Shown here in pieces: positions 10,163-19,165 of a stretch of DNA of 64,000 nucleotides. Positions within the stretch are counted from its first letter, which is position 1; each line of letters begins with the position of its first letter. The notes under the pieces are model-generated. The model ran no database searches, was not told the DNA's origin, and was given only the letters and a program-made list of their open reading frames with translations. The DNA lies in assembly GCA_001799615.1 (NCBI GenBank), contig MGTU01000011.1:23480-87479 (forward strand), written 5' to 3'. The position numbers were made by a program, and so were the translations under genes. Source of the DNA: Elusimicrobia bacterium GWA2_61_42 (GTDB lineage: Bacteria > Elusimicrobiota > Elusimicrobia > Elusimicrobiales > UBA9959).

Positions 10163-10534
10163 CTACCAGACGCCTTTGCGTACCATAAAGCAGGCGGTAA
10201 CGGCCTTTATGCCGTACCTCCTGGCTTTCTCCAGCGCCTGCGGGGATTCGGAGCCGGGCTGCAGCCAGATGGTCTTAATGCCCAGTTTGTTGCATTCCTC
10301 AACCACCAGCTCGGTTGCCGCGGGCGGCACCACGGTTATTACGAGGTCCGGCTTCTTTTCCATTTCCGTCAGGCTTTTACGGATGTTCTGGCCCAGGATG
10401 AAGCCGCCTTTGGGATTAACGCCGGTGACAGGGTACCCCGCGTTGAGCAGGTCCCGGAAGATCTTATGGCCGTACTTCGAGGCGTCGTCGGAGACACCCA
10501 CTACGGCGATGGAGTCATATTCTTTTGGGTTCAT
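10163..10534 (-). CDS. CoA-binding protein (YccU-like)
   Basis: IAVVG.S....KYG, VNP, W.QPG and terminal C motifs. Confidence 0.88.
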   Translation of the reverse strand: MNPKEYDSIAVVGVSDDASKYGHKIFRDLLNAGYPVTGVNPKGGFILGQNIRKSLTEMEKKPDLVITVVPPAATELVVEECNKLGIKTIWLQPGSESPQALEKARRYGIKAVTACFMVRKGVW

Positions 10535-10983
10535 AATTGTCCGAAGTCCTCCCTCAGGCGCGTTTCCCAGGCGCTCAGGCGCGGGAAATTATACACCCCA
10601 AGCGCTGCGGAAAAGGCCGCCAGCAGGTAAAAATCCGCGTAATAGCCGGTCAGCAGGAAAAGCACCAGGCCGCAGACGGCGGGAACCTCGCAGACGGCGG
10701 CGCGAACCACGGCGGCCAGGGTAAGAGCTTTCAGCGTTTCTTCCAAGGTTGATTTTTTCGCCTGCTGCAGCCGGTTCACCTGTTTAAGCGCCGCCAGCGA
10801 CGCCGCGCCGGCCAGGTAGAGCGCGTACTTAAGCGCGTACGCGGCCGGAGGGGTAAGCGGGGGCTTGTGTCCCAGCTTGCGCAGGACTTCCACCACCCCG
10901 GCGTAGAAGAAGACGGCGGCTATGATCCCGCCGGCGGCGGCGGCCGCCGCCAGGTAAGCTTTCCGCGTCTTTTCGCCGTTCAT
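10531..10983 (-). CDS. Hypothetical membrane protein (about 4 TM)
   Basis: Hydrophobic helices; overlaps both neighbours; start set at ATG 10983. Confidence 0.7.
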   Translation of the reverse strand: MNGEKTRKAYLAAAAAAGGIIAAVFFYAGVVEVLRKLGHKPPLTPPAAYALKYALYLAGAASLAALKQVNRLQQAKKSTLEETLKALTLAAVVRAAVCEVPAVCGLVLFLLTGYYADFYLLAAFSAALGVYNFPRLSAWETRLREDFGQL

Positions 10984-12962
10984 TATTTTTTGCCGCCGGC
11001 GTCCTGCGGTTTGACCGCTTTCAGGGCGAGGGCCGCGGCCCTTATCAGGGGGTCCGGGGAGATCTCCGCGCCTATGGCGCCGCGCATCCACTCCCTGGGG
11101 GTTACGGCGCCCTGCACGCACATCCGTTCCATCTCACCGGCCAGGTCGTGCTCCTTGAAATAAGCCTCTATCTGGAAGGCGATGATATGCCCCAGCGGGT
11201 AATCCGGCAGGTAAAGAGCGTTGTTGATCATGTGGGAGTAAACTCCCAGCAGCGGGCTGCTTTTCACTCCGAAGACCGGGGCGTAGTAGCGGTCCCACAC
11301 GCTCTTGGCGATCTCCGCCACCGCCTGGCGCAGGTCGGCGGCTTCGGCGTCCTTGTTCTTGTAGAGCCAGCGCCACACGTTCATATCCACCAGCGCCACG
11401 CCGGCGATCTCGCGCGCCGACCAGAAAGAGTCCAGGTTCTTCAAATGCTCTTTTCCCGCGTCCGGCTTGCCGGCGCCCAGGACTTCCAGGTCCCTGTCCT
11501 GGAAAACGAAGGCGAAACCCTCCGTAAAGGCGGTGTTGGGCACCCCCTCCAGCAGTGTGTGGTCCACTTTGTAAAGTGAGAAAACCTGCTCGGTACAGTG
11601 GCCGAGCTCGTGCATAGCCGTGTTAAAGCCCTGGTAATCCATGCCGCCCCTGGGCACCCTGGTGCGCAGCCGGGCCTTCTCCGTGCGCATGCCCGGGCCC
11701 CAGGCGTGGCCGGCCCCGCGGGCCGCGTTAACTTCCACCCTGTCGGCGATGAACCGGGCGGTGTCCCTGGCGAAGCCGAGGCCTGCCAGTATTTCGGGGA
11801 TGGCTTTCTGGAAAGCCGCCGTGTTCGGGTATTTGGCCGCCACCAGGCGGTCCAGTTCCTCCTGGGAGACCCCGGAGCGGGCCTTGAACCCGTCGTACCA
11901 GATGTCGAACGGTTCCAGCGGGCGCCCCAGCCTGGCCGAGATCAGCGCCGCGGCTTCGCCGCCTTCCCGCGCCTCCAGCAGCCCGGCGAACATCGCCTCC
12001 ACTTCGGGCTCCGGTATTTCGCGCCCGAGTTTGAATTTGCGGTCCATGTGCGTGGGTTCCGCCGGGAAATACGGGTCCTGCTTCAGGTGGGCCCGGAAGA
12101 CGTCCAGGAACTTCTCATAGCGGGTGTCGGGCTCGCGCTCGGCTTTCGCGCCGTCCAGCGTGTTGGCGGCCGGGTCCCAGGCGTGCTTGTCGGAGTTTAT
12201 CGCCTTCGCGGGGATCTCCTGGGTGATTATGCGTTCCATCACGGTCTGTATCACGCGCTGTTTTTTCAGGCCGCCGGCCTTGTTCGTGTAGAGGCCCTTC
12301 AGGTAGTCGCGCAGGCCCCAGTGGGAGATCAGCTTCAGTCCTTCGGGGAAAAGTTCCTCCCCGTCCGGACCGGTGACCTTGTTGAGAAAAATATTATAGG
12401 AGCTGATGTACTGTTCGGCTTCGGAGTAAGCCGCGGCCAGTTCGCGGTTTATGTCGGAAGGGACGCGGTGCGCGAAGCGCTGCGCCAGGCGGGTCCTGGC
12501 CCATTCGTCCCTGCTCCAGGCCGGGCCTTTTTCCAGGCAGGCGTCGAGCGTTCTCACCGGGAAATTCAAAAGCGCCAGGAAAGCCAGGCGGGCGCGGAAC
12601 ATGTCCTCGATGAAGTGGGCGCCGGGTGAATAGGCCGCGAACAGCTTGTCGGCCGCTCCCAGCGGGCCGGTGTCTTCGTCCACTTCACGGCGCAGCTTCA
12701 GCAGCAGGGCGGTAAAGTGGCCGTTCACGCTTTCCAGCTTGGTCTCGAAAGACGCCAGGAGCTTTTCCAGTTCGGGCCCGGTCAGGAAGTTGTCGCGGCA
12801 GAAGCGCCGGAAAGCCGCCGCGGTGCCGTCCGTACGGGTGTTCCACAGCGCCGCCGCCTGCCGCACGCAGCAGGAGATCCTTTCGGACTCGGAAGGGTAT
12901 TTCTTTATCAGCGTTTCTACGGCCTTGTTTATCGCGTCTTCTTTAAGCGTGTGCCTGGTCAT
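10983..12962 (-). CDS. Putative gluzincin metallopeptidase (M2/M3/M32-like)
   Basis: HELGH followed by TEGFA third-ligand Glu; HMINNALY..YPLG tail; 659 aa. Confidence 0.7.
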   Translation of the reverse strand: MTRHTLKEDAINKAVETLIKKYPSESERISCCVRQAAALWNTRTDGTAAAFRRFCRDNFLTGPELEKLLASFETKLESVNGHFTALLLKLRREVDEDTGPLGAADKLFAAYSPGAHFIEDMFRARLAFLALLNFPVRTLDACLEKGPAWSRDEWARTRLAQRFAHRVPSDINRELAAAYSEAEQYISSYNIFLNKVTGPDGEELFPEGLKLISHWGLRDYLKGLYTNKAGGLKKQRVIQTVMERIITQEIPAKAINSDKHAWDPAANTLDGAKAEREPDTRYEKFLDVFRAHLKQDPYFPAEPTHMDRKFKLGREIPEPEVEAMFAGLLEAREGGEAAALISARLGRPLEPFDIWYDGFKARSGVSQEELDRLVAAKYPNTAAFQKAIPEILAGLGFARDTARFIADRVEVNAARGAGHAWGPGMRTEKARLRTRVPRGGMDYQGFNTAMHELGHCTEQVFSLYKVDHTLLEGVPNTAFTEGFAFVFQDRDLEVLGAGKPDAGKEHLKNLDSFWSAREIAGVALVDMNVWRWLYKNKDAEAADLRQAVAEIAKSVWDRYYAPVFGVKSSPLLGVYSHMINNALYLPDYPLGHIIAFQIEAYFKEHDLAGEMERMCVQGAVTPREWMRGAIGAEISPDPLIRAAALALKAVKPQDAGGKK

Positions 12963-12969
12963 GGTTGCC

Positions 12970-13629
12970 TCAGTATTTGAAGAATTCAGTCCCGCCCGGG
13001 GCCTGGTGCCTGCAGTCCATTATCAGCAGCCCGTAGTTGGCCGACTGCTGCCCGGAAAAGTAAAGCCAGCCGCCGGAGTCCGTGACGGCTTTGGTGAAAT
13101 CCTTGTCGTATCTGGCGGAGTCTATGACCGTGACCTTGGCCGTAGCCTCGTGCCCCGGCAGGCGCAGCTCCGGCACCGCGTTCATCCTGCCCGGCGTCAG
13201 CCTGGAGGGGTCCGCCGGATATTTGCCGTTGTTGACCACGTAGTAGACCTGCAGCGAAGACCTGAACTCCTGCAGGGTCAGCTTGGCCTCTTCGGCCAGC
13301 GCCGTGTCCGCCAGCTCCTTTTCCCGGCGCGCGGCCTCGGCGAGCAGGTCGCGGCCCAGCGCCGCCTCCAGCTCACCGTTGAACCGGGCGAGTTCCGGCG
13401 CCAGCGCGTCCAGTTTCTCCGGGGGCACCTCGGCCCCGCGTTCCAGCAGCAGCGCCAGGTTCCTGGCGGCCTGGCGCAGTTCCGGGGAATATTTTAACGG
13501 GGCGGGCTCCGGCCTGGCCGCCGCGGCGGGCGGGGCCGTATTCGCTTCCGGGCCGGGGGTTTTAACTTCCTCCTGCGCCGTGGCGGGGGCGGCCGAAAAG
13601 ACCAAAGCGGCTAAGATCAGTTGTTTCAT
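12970..13629 (-). CDS. Secreted protein with pseudopilin-like C-terminal domain
   Basis: Sec signal peptide, Pro-rich linker, then LQEFRSSLQVYY..NNG.YP.D...L and GGWLY. Confidence 0.6.
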   Translation of the reverse strand: MKQLILAALVFSAAPATAQEEVKTPGPEANTAPPAAAARPEPAPLKYSPELRQAARNLALLLERGAEVPPEKLDALAPELARFNGELEAALGRDLLAEAARREKELADTALAEEAKLTLQEFRSSLQVYYVVNNGKYPADPSRLTPGRMNAVPELRLPGHEATAKVTVIDSARYDKDFTKAVTDSGGWLYFSGQQSANYGLLIMDCRHQAPGGTEFFKY

Positions 13630-13636
13630 AGTTTCT

Positions 13637-14395
13637 TCAGGGCTTGATGTCCCAGTTCTCCAGTTCCGGCACGAACTTGTAGTCGGTCAGGTCGAACTGT
13701 ATGGGCGTCACCGAGATATAGCCGGCGCGCAGCGCGTTGAGGTCGCTGGCCCCGTCGGCGTCCTTGGGCTTGAAATCCCCGGTCATCCAGTAGTAGGTGT
13801 TGCCGTGCGGGTCCCGGCGCTTGTCGAACCAGTCGTTGAACGAAGTCCTGCTCTGGTTGGTAATGCGTACGCCCTTTATTTTGGCGGCGGAAATATTAGG
13901 AAGGTTCACGTTCAGCAGCGTCCCCGCCGGCAGCTTTTTCTTTTTCATCATGGCGGCTATCTTCACGGCGAAGGCCGCGGAAGGCCCGAAATCAGGTTTG
14001 GTGAAAGTGTCCAGGGAGACGGCCAGCGAAGGGATGCCCAGCAGCGCGCCTTCGGTGGCGCCCGACACGGTGCCGGAATAAAGGATGTTGTAGCCCTGGT
14101 TGCCGCCCAGGTTGATGCCCGAGACCACCAGGTCCGGTCTTTTCTTCATGATGGACTTGATCCCGAGCTTGACGCAGTCCGCAGGCGTGCCGCTGGCCGC
14201 GTAGCCGAAGAACTTGCCGTTGCGGTTGGCCGTCACTACCCGGAGCGGGTCCGCTATGGTGATGGCGTGCCCGACGGCGCTGCGCTGCGTGTCAGGGGCC
14301 ACCACGGTGACATTGCCGAGCTTTTTAAGCGCGCAGGCCAGGGCGTAAATGCCTTCCGCGTAGATGCCGTCGTCGTTGGTGATCAGTATTTCCAT
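13637..14395 (-). CDS. surE: 5'/3'-nucleotidase SurE
   Basis: ILITNDDGI, GTPADCV, SGINLG.N, YSGTV and SVTPI motifs. Confidence 0.97.
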   Translation of the reverse strand: MEILITNDDGIYAEGIYALACALKKLGNVTVVAPDTQRSAVGHAITIADPLRVVTANRNGKFFGYAASGTPADCVKLGIKSIMKKRPDLVVSGINLGGNQGYNILYSGTVSGATEGALLGIPSLAVSLDTFTKPDFGPSAAFAVKIAAMMKKKKLPAGTLLNVNLPNISAAKIKGVRITNQSRTSFNDWFDKRRDPHGNTYYWMTGDFKPKDADGASDLNALRAGYISVTPIQFDLTDYKFVPELENWDIKP

Positions 14396-14421
14396 GGTCG
14401 CTTTCCTTTATCTGTCGGAAG

Positions 14422-14625
14422 TCATTTGTCTTTGTAGCCGAAGGTTTCCAGCATGCCGTCAACTATCCTGGCGTGCGCTTTTTCCTGGCGCTGCAGCGCC
14501 AGGAAGAATTTTTTAAGCTGCGGGTCGTCCACGGCCTCGGCGTAGGTCCCGAACCGCTCGTGCATGGTGTTCTCCACTTTGCGGATCTGGAGGAAATATT
14601 TTACATAATCTTCTTTAGAAAACAT
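14422..14625 (-). CDS. Small ferritin/rubrerythrin-like half-bundle protein
   Basis: Helix with E18, DPQLKKFF turn, second helix with EKAH (ExxH); 67 aa; 11-nt overlap with upstream gene. Confidence 0.7.
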   Translation of the reverse strand: MFSKEDYVKYFLQIRKVENTMHERFGTYAEAVDDPQLKKFFLALQRQEKAHARIVDGMLETFGYKDK

Positions 14626-14857
14626 TCCGTTCGTCCCCCTCTATCTTCGCCCTTTCCGCCGTAAGCAGCTTCGTGTGCCGTTCGGATTCCTTCTCCAGGA
14701 TGCCCAGCTGGATGCGCAGCTTTTCTCTTTCCGCCGCCGGCAGGCCGCTCCAGAACAGGGCCGTTTTGAGGTGGCGGTTGTAGATGGGGATGGATCGGTC
14801 TTCCAGCGCTATGGCTTCGTCCAGCATTTTTAAAAGAATTTTTTTCTCAACGCCCAT
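14615..14857 (-). CDS. Small ferritin-like half-bundle protein
   Basis: LDEAIALED...IY helix and ESERH helix; 80 aa; 11-nt overlap with GH26 gene. Confidence 0.68.
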   Translation of the reverse strand: MGVEKKILLKMLDEAIALEDRSIPIYNRHLKTALFWSGLPAAEREKLRIQLGILEKESERHTKLLTAERAKIEGDERNVF

Positions 14858-15845
14858 TTTTTTCCTTTTTAAAGAACCAGTCCAGCCCGGCGCCGTCGGA
14901 TGTGAAATGCCGGCTATTCGCGCCGGCTGAATATACGGAGGCGGCCCCGGGGTCCGCCGAAACGCGCCAGTCGCATTCCTTGTCGTAGTCGAACCACATA
15001 AAGCCTTTTACCGCGGTGTAGCGCGATTGGAGCCGGTAGAACAGGCGCCGGACCCATTCCGCCTTGTTCCCGCCCGAAGAACAGGACGCGACTTCCGTAA
15101 GAAAAACCGGTTTGTCCGGCGCCAGCGCCAGCGCCCTGGCGTAAGGGTCCTTCAGCAGCAGGTTGGGCCTGCTCCAGGCAGACCACGCCTGCGTGTCGCC
15201 CCAGTTGTAGATATCGAGTCCCACCGCGTCGGTGTATTCGTCGCCCGGGTAGTAATTCTCGAACCGGTTCCATTTCTCCGCGGGTTTGTCCTCGCCGTTC
15301 ACGCTGAAGACCAGCCGCGCCTTCGGCCCGGCTTCCGCCCTTATTATGCCCGCCATGCGGCGCCAGGCCAGGCGGTACTGCCCGGCGTCGCGCGAGTTTT
15401 TCGCCCCGGCCCAGGCGTACCAGTCGCCGTTGGGCTCGTGGCCCCAGCGGATCAGGACCGGCTTGCGGTAAGCCTTTATGGCCGCCGCCATGCTCCGCAT
15501 ATAGGCGTCGTAGCCTCCGGCGGCGATCTCGCCCAGCAGGCTGCGGTCGGGGTCGCTCTTGAGATAGGGTTCCCAGGTCAGCGCCAGTATCGACGAAGCG
15601 GCCCTCGCGGCTTTGATCTCGGCGGCGGGGAAGCCGTCCCCCCAGGCCAGGTAGAAGGAGATGAACCCCGTCGGCAGGCCCAGGGCCCCGTAATTCTCCG
15701 AAATTATGCCCGCCACGCAGCCGGGCTGCTCCGTCTCGAAGCGGTACGTCCTCTGCCAGGGGAGGCGCAGGTCCTCGCGCAGGGCCCAGAGCAGCACGGC
15801 CGCCGCCGCGAGGCCTAAAGCCAGCGGTATTTTCAGGCGCGCCAT
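14847..15845 (-). CDS. Glycoside hydrolase family 26 with N-terminal anchor/signal
   Basis: LTWEP, G.YD.Y, RWGHEPNGDWY (acid/base), YYPGD...D.VGLD.YN, FLTE (nucleophile), WF; start set at ATG 15845. Confidence 0.88.
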   Translation of the reverse strand: MARLKIPLALGLAAAAVLLWALREDLRLPWQRTYRFETEQPGCVAGIISENYGALGLPTGFISFYLAWGDGFPAAEIKAARAASSILALTWEPYLKSDPDRSLLGEIAAGGYDAYMRSMAAAIKAYRKPVLIRWGHEPNGDWYAWAGAKNSRDAGQYRLAWRRMAGIIRAEAGPKARLVFSVNGEDKPAEKWNRFENYYPGDEYTDAVGLDIYNWGDTQAWSAWSRPNLLLKDPYARALALAPDKPVFLTEVASCSSGGNKAEWVRRLFYRLQSRYTAVKGFMWFDYDKECDWRVSADPGAASVYSAGANSRHFTSDGAGLDWFFKKEKNGR

Positions 15846-17377
15846 TTCGCTTTTTCCTCGCGGCCCAGGACCGGCAGCTGGTTGAAATAGAAAATGTTCC
15901 ACAGGATGAAGAGATGGTACGCGGCCCAGAACATGTTCACGCCCATCGCGTAAGGGGCGGTGCGGAACTTCAGCAGGCCGGTGACCAGGGCCGCGATGTT
16001 AAGCCCCATCATCACGCCGTAAGGCCAAAGGGCCGAAAGCGGCATCACTTCCGCTTTGCCCTTGGTGGTGACCACGAAGGTCATGCGCTTGCCGAACAGA
16101 CCGTACACGGCCGCCTTCATCAGCAGCGGGAAACACAAGGAGCCCAGGATCAGCCCGTAATAGATCTGGCTGAAATTGTAATGCCGCTCCTTCATGGTGG
16201 AGAAAAAGATCAGCAGGGTCAGGCAGAAATACGGGACATAGGCGGTCAGGTAGATGCGCGGGTCGAGGAAGAACGACGGAACGTTGAAAAGCAGGAAGGC
16301 TATCGGGCAGAGCATCAGCAGGAAGAAGGCCCAGCCGACGAAGTAATAGGTGCCGGCCAGCATGTATTCCCACCACTGGATGGGCGAAAGCTTGAAGGGA
16401 TGCCTGAACACGCCGGAGACCAGCTTGCGGAAGACGCTGATGGTGCCGCCGGCCCACCGGGCCTGCTGCTTGAAATAGGCGGGCAGGGTTTCCGGGCCCA
16501 GGCCGAAAGCCACCACGTGGTTGTGGTACCAGGAGCGCCAGCCTTTCATGTGCAGGTTCACGGAGGTGGCGAAATCCTCCGTTATGAACTCTTCCTCGAA
16601 CCCCCCCACGTCCAGCAGCGCCTCTTTGCGGAAGACCACGTTGGTGCCGCAGCAGAACATGGACCCGGTAACGTTCTTTCCCTCGCAGATGGTCTCGTAG
16701 AAGATGGCCTGCTGCATGGCGGAGCCCTTGGCTACCGGGCTTTCGCCGATGTTGGTGTAGAACTGCGGCGTCTGGACGAAGGCCAGCCTTTCATCGCCTT
16801 CCAGCAGCGGGATTATGTCGTTGAGGAAATCCGGCATCGGGTTCTGGTCCGCGTCGAAGATGGCTATATATTTTTCAGGCATGCCCCGCAGGAAGTCGTT
16901 GACGATGCCCGCCTTGGCCCCGTGGCGTTCCGTACGCCTGAAGACCGTGATGCCGTGCGCCAGCGCCAGCGCGTCGGCCTCGTCCTTATAGGACTGGTCG
17001 GAGGAGTCGTCGAGGAAGTAGATGGTCTTGCGGGGATAATCGACGTTGCGGAAGGTGATGATGGTGCTTTCCAGCACTTCTTTCGGCTCGTGCCTGGCCG
17101 CCACCACTATGGCCACCGCGGGTTCTTCTCCGGGCTTAGGCGTCACCCGCCTGGGCGCCGCCCTCGGGGTCGTCAGCGCGAAGGTGTTCATCATGTAGCC
17201 GAAGGCGTGCAACAGCATGTAGCTTTCGCCCGCCAGCAGGAACAGGCCGAACAGCCTCTCCAGGGCGCTGTATTCCGAGTAGGAGAAGATCACCACGCGC
17301 GCCACGAAGTACACGCAGATGGCTATGGCCGCCGCTATCGTGAATATCCGCAGCCTTTTAAGGAAGGCGATCAGCAT
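15833..17377 (-). CDS. Cellulose-synthase-like processive GT2 without PilZ domain
   Basis: LDD, HGAKAG, DAD, VQTPQ.Y, CGT, TED and QQARW motifs; N- and C-terminal TM helices; 514 aa. Confidence 0.9.
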   Translation of the reverse strand: MLIAFLKRLRIFTIAAAIAICVYFVARVVIFSYSEYSALERLFGLFLLAGESYMLLHAFGYMMNTFALTTPRAAPRRVTPKPGEEPAVAIVVAARHEPKEVLESTIITFRNVDYPRKTIYFLDDSSDQSYKDEADALALAHGITVFRRTERHGAKAGIVNDFLRGMPEKYIAIFDADQNPMPDFLNDIIPLLEGDERLAFVQTPQFYTNIGESPVAKGSAMQQAIFYETICEGKNVTGSMFCCGTNVVFRKEALLDVGGFEEEFITEDFATSVNLHMKGWRSWYHNHVVAFGLGPETLPAYFKQQARWAGGTISVFRKLVSGVFRHPFKLSPIQWWEYMLAGTYYFVGWAFFLLMLCPIAFLLFNVPSFFLDPRIYLTAYVPYFCLTLLIFFSTMKERHYNFSQIYYGLILGSLCFPLLMKAAVYGLFGKRMTFVVTTKGKAEVMPLSALWPYGVMMGLNIAALVTGLLKFRTAPYAMGVNMFWAAYHLFILWNIFYFNQLPVLGREEKAKWRA

Positions 17378-18951
17378 CAGAAGGCCTTTACCGCCGACAG
17401 GCTGTAATAATTATCCCTGTAGTAATGGGAGACCGTCAGGGAATAAGCCGCCTGAAAATTCAGGGTGCCGCGCAGCCCGACGTTAAGCAGCAGCGACGGG
17501 TTGAAAGAAAGATAGGGGCTGTTGTCGTAGGCGGCGCGGCACTTCGCCTCGAAATAATCCCCGCGGGCCCCGTAATAGAGCCCGTCCGGCCCGAAATTGA
17601 GCTTGTAGCCCGCGGTCAGCGCGTACAGGTCGTAGGCGGCGGGAGCGAAATAAAGCGCGGAAGTTTTGTCGTAGTTCTGCCGCTCGTAGCGGAATTGGGC
17701 GTAAAGGGCGGAAGGCTCACGCGAGAAATAGTACCGGGCGTCGGCCCCGTAAAGCTCGAGGCCGTTGCCGTCGTTGATATGGCCGGCCCTGTAATCGGCC
17801 CCGGCGGAAAGGCTGCCGTTCGCGTCCCAGTCCAGCCTGCCCTTCAGGGCGTCCAGGTCCAGGTTCCGGGCGAAGACAGCGCGGCTGTTTATGAAATTCT
17901 CCCTGCTGTAAGTGACCGCCCCGGTCAGGTTCTCGCGCAGCTTGCGCCAGTAGAACAGGTTGTAATCCTCCCTGGAGGCGGGCGGACGGTTCAGGCTTTT
18001 GGCCGAGTAGGAAGCTCCGGCCCCGCTGCTGAAAGCCGGCCTGTATTCCAGGGAGAGCCGGCCGGCTTTCTCGTCCAGGGGCGCGGCGCCGGAGAAAGAA
18101 TAGCGGCCGTGCGCCCCCACCAGCGAGAGCAGCAGCGACGGGGAAAGATGTTTTTCCGCGGAGAGAGAGCTGTTCAGGTACTTAACGCCGGTCATGCGGT
18201 CCGCCCCGTCGGCGTTCCACAACGAGACCCCGGCCCTGACGGCGTAGCCGTCGCCGAAGGCCGCGTTCTTTTCACGCGACCTGTTTGCGGCGGTGTTGTA
18301 AGGCGAAACTTCCGCCAGCTTTTTATAGTACTGCTCCGCTTTGGAATAAAGGCCTGAGTTGGAGTAGAACTGTGCCAGGTCGAACAGGGCCTCGGCCTCG
18401 GCCGGCTCCAGCGCGACGGCTTTCTCAAAATGGGCCAGCGCCTGCTCCGGGCGCGCGCCCCGCATCTTTTCCTTGCCGAGTTGTTCTTCCTTTATCCAGT
18501 CCAGGCCGGCCTTGGTGAAAGCCGCGGCGTAGGCCTTGTCCGAGGCCGGGTAGCGCTTGTCCCAGGCCAGCACCCTGGCCTTCTCCAGTTCCGGCTGGTA
18601 GTCCGCCGGTTCAAGGGTTATGGCCTTGTCATAAAAAGCGGCGGAATCGCCGAACCTGTCCTGCCAGCTGTAAAGCCGGGCCAGGGCCAGGGCGGATTCG
18701 TAATCTGAAGGATCGGTTTTAAGGGCGGAGAGGGCGGAGGCTTCGGCCTCGCCGAATTTACCCAAGGAGATCAGGATTCGGGTTTCCAGGCGTACGCAGG
18801 GCTGGTCTTTGGGCCCGTCGGCGACGGGCAGGGCTTTTTCTGCTTCGGCGGGGTTGCCCGAGTTGAAGAACTGTTCGGCTTCCGCGCAGGTAGCGCTGGC
18901 CGTTCCATGCGCGGCCAGCGGCAGCAGCAGTATAAATAAGGCTTTACGCAT
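17377..18951 (-). CDS. TPR-repeat plus outer-membrane beta-barrel protein (BcsC/PgaA-like architecture)
   Basis: Signal peptide; TPRs with LARLYSW and ARVLAW; alternating beta-strand C-terminal half ending in Phe. Confidence 0.78.
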   Translation of the reverse strand: MRKALFILLLPLAAHGTASATCAEAEQFFNSGNPAEAEKALPVADGPKDQPCVRLETRILISLGKFGEAEASALSALKTDPSDYESALALARLYSWQDRFGDSAAFYDKAITLEPADYQPELEKARVLAWDKRYPASDKAYAAAFTKAGLDWIKEEQLGKEKMRGARPEQALAHFEKAVALEPAEAEALFDLAQFYSNSGLYSKAEQYYKKLAEVSPYNTAANRSREKNAAFGDGYAVRAGVSLWNADGADRMTGVKYLNSSLSAEKHLSPSLLLSLVGAHGRYSFSGAAPLDEKAGRLSLEYRPAFSSGAGASYSAKSLNRPPASREDYNLFYWRKLRENLTGAVTYSRENFINSRAVFARNLDLDALKGRLDWDANGSLSAGADYRAGHINDGNGLELYGADARYYFSREPSALYAQFRYERQNYDKTSALYFAPAAYDLYALTAGYKLNFGPDGLYYGARGDYFEAKCRAAYDNSPYLSFNPSLLLNVGLRGTLNFQAAYSLTVSHYYRDNYYSLSAVKAF

Positions 18952-18992
18952 TAAATATCCCCTTAGTACCGGGCGTACACCCCAATGTGATT

Positions 18993-19025
18993 AAAAAGAA
19001 AAGCGGCTTTCAAACGTAAGCCGCT
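18993..19025 (-). terminator. Intrinsic terminator after tRNA-His
   Basis: AGCGGCTT-8 nt-AAGCCGCT hairpin followed by TTTCTTTTT on the minus strand. Confidence 0.8.
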
Positions 19026-19037
19026 GGGAGTCAAATT

Positions 19038-19114
19038 TGGGGTGGCTGAGGGGACTTGAACCCCCGACCTCTCGGGCCACAGCCGAGCGCTCTAACCACT
19101 GAGCTACAACCACC
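19038..19114 (-). tRNA. tRNA-His (GTG)
   Basis: GGTGGTTGTAGCTCAGTGGTTAGAGC...CTGTGGC...GGTTCAAGTCC...CAGCCACCCCA; G-1:C73 pair; CCA encoded. Confidence 0.97.
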
Positions 19115-19165
19115 GTATGACTATTATATATAAAACAAATGTATAATGAAAATCACGGAGGGCTT

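Noticed and set aside
14400-19114. EPS operon as an island integrated at tRNA-His
   Set aside because: No integrase and no duplicate of the tRNA 3' end was found at the far side; a terminator follows the tRNA directly.
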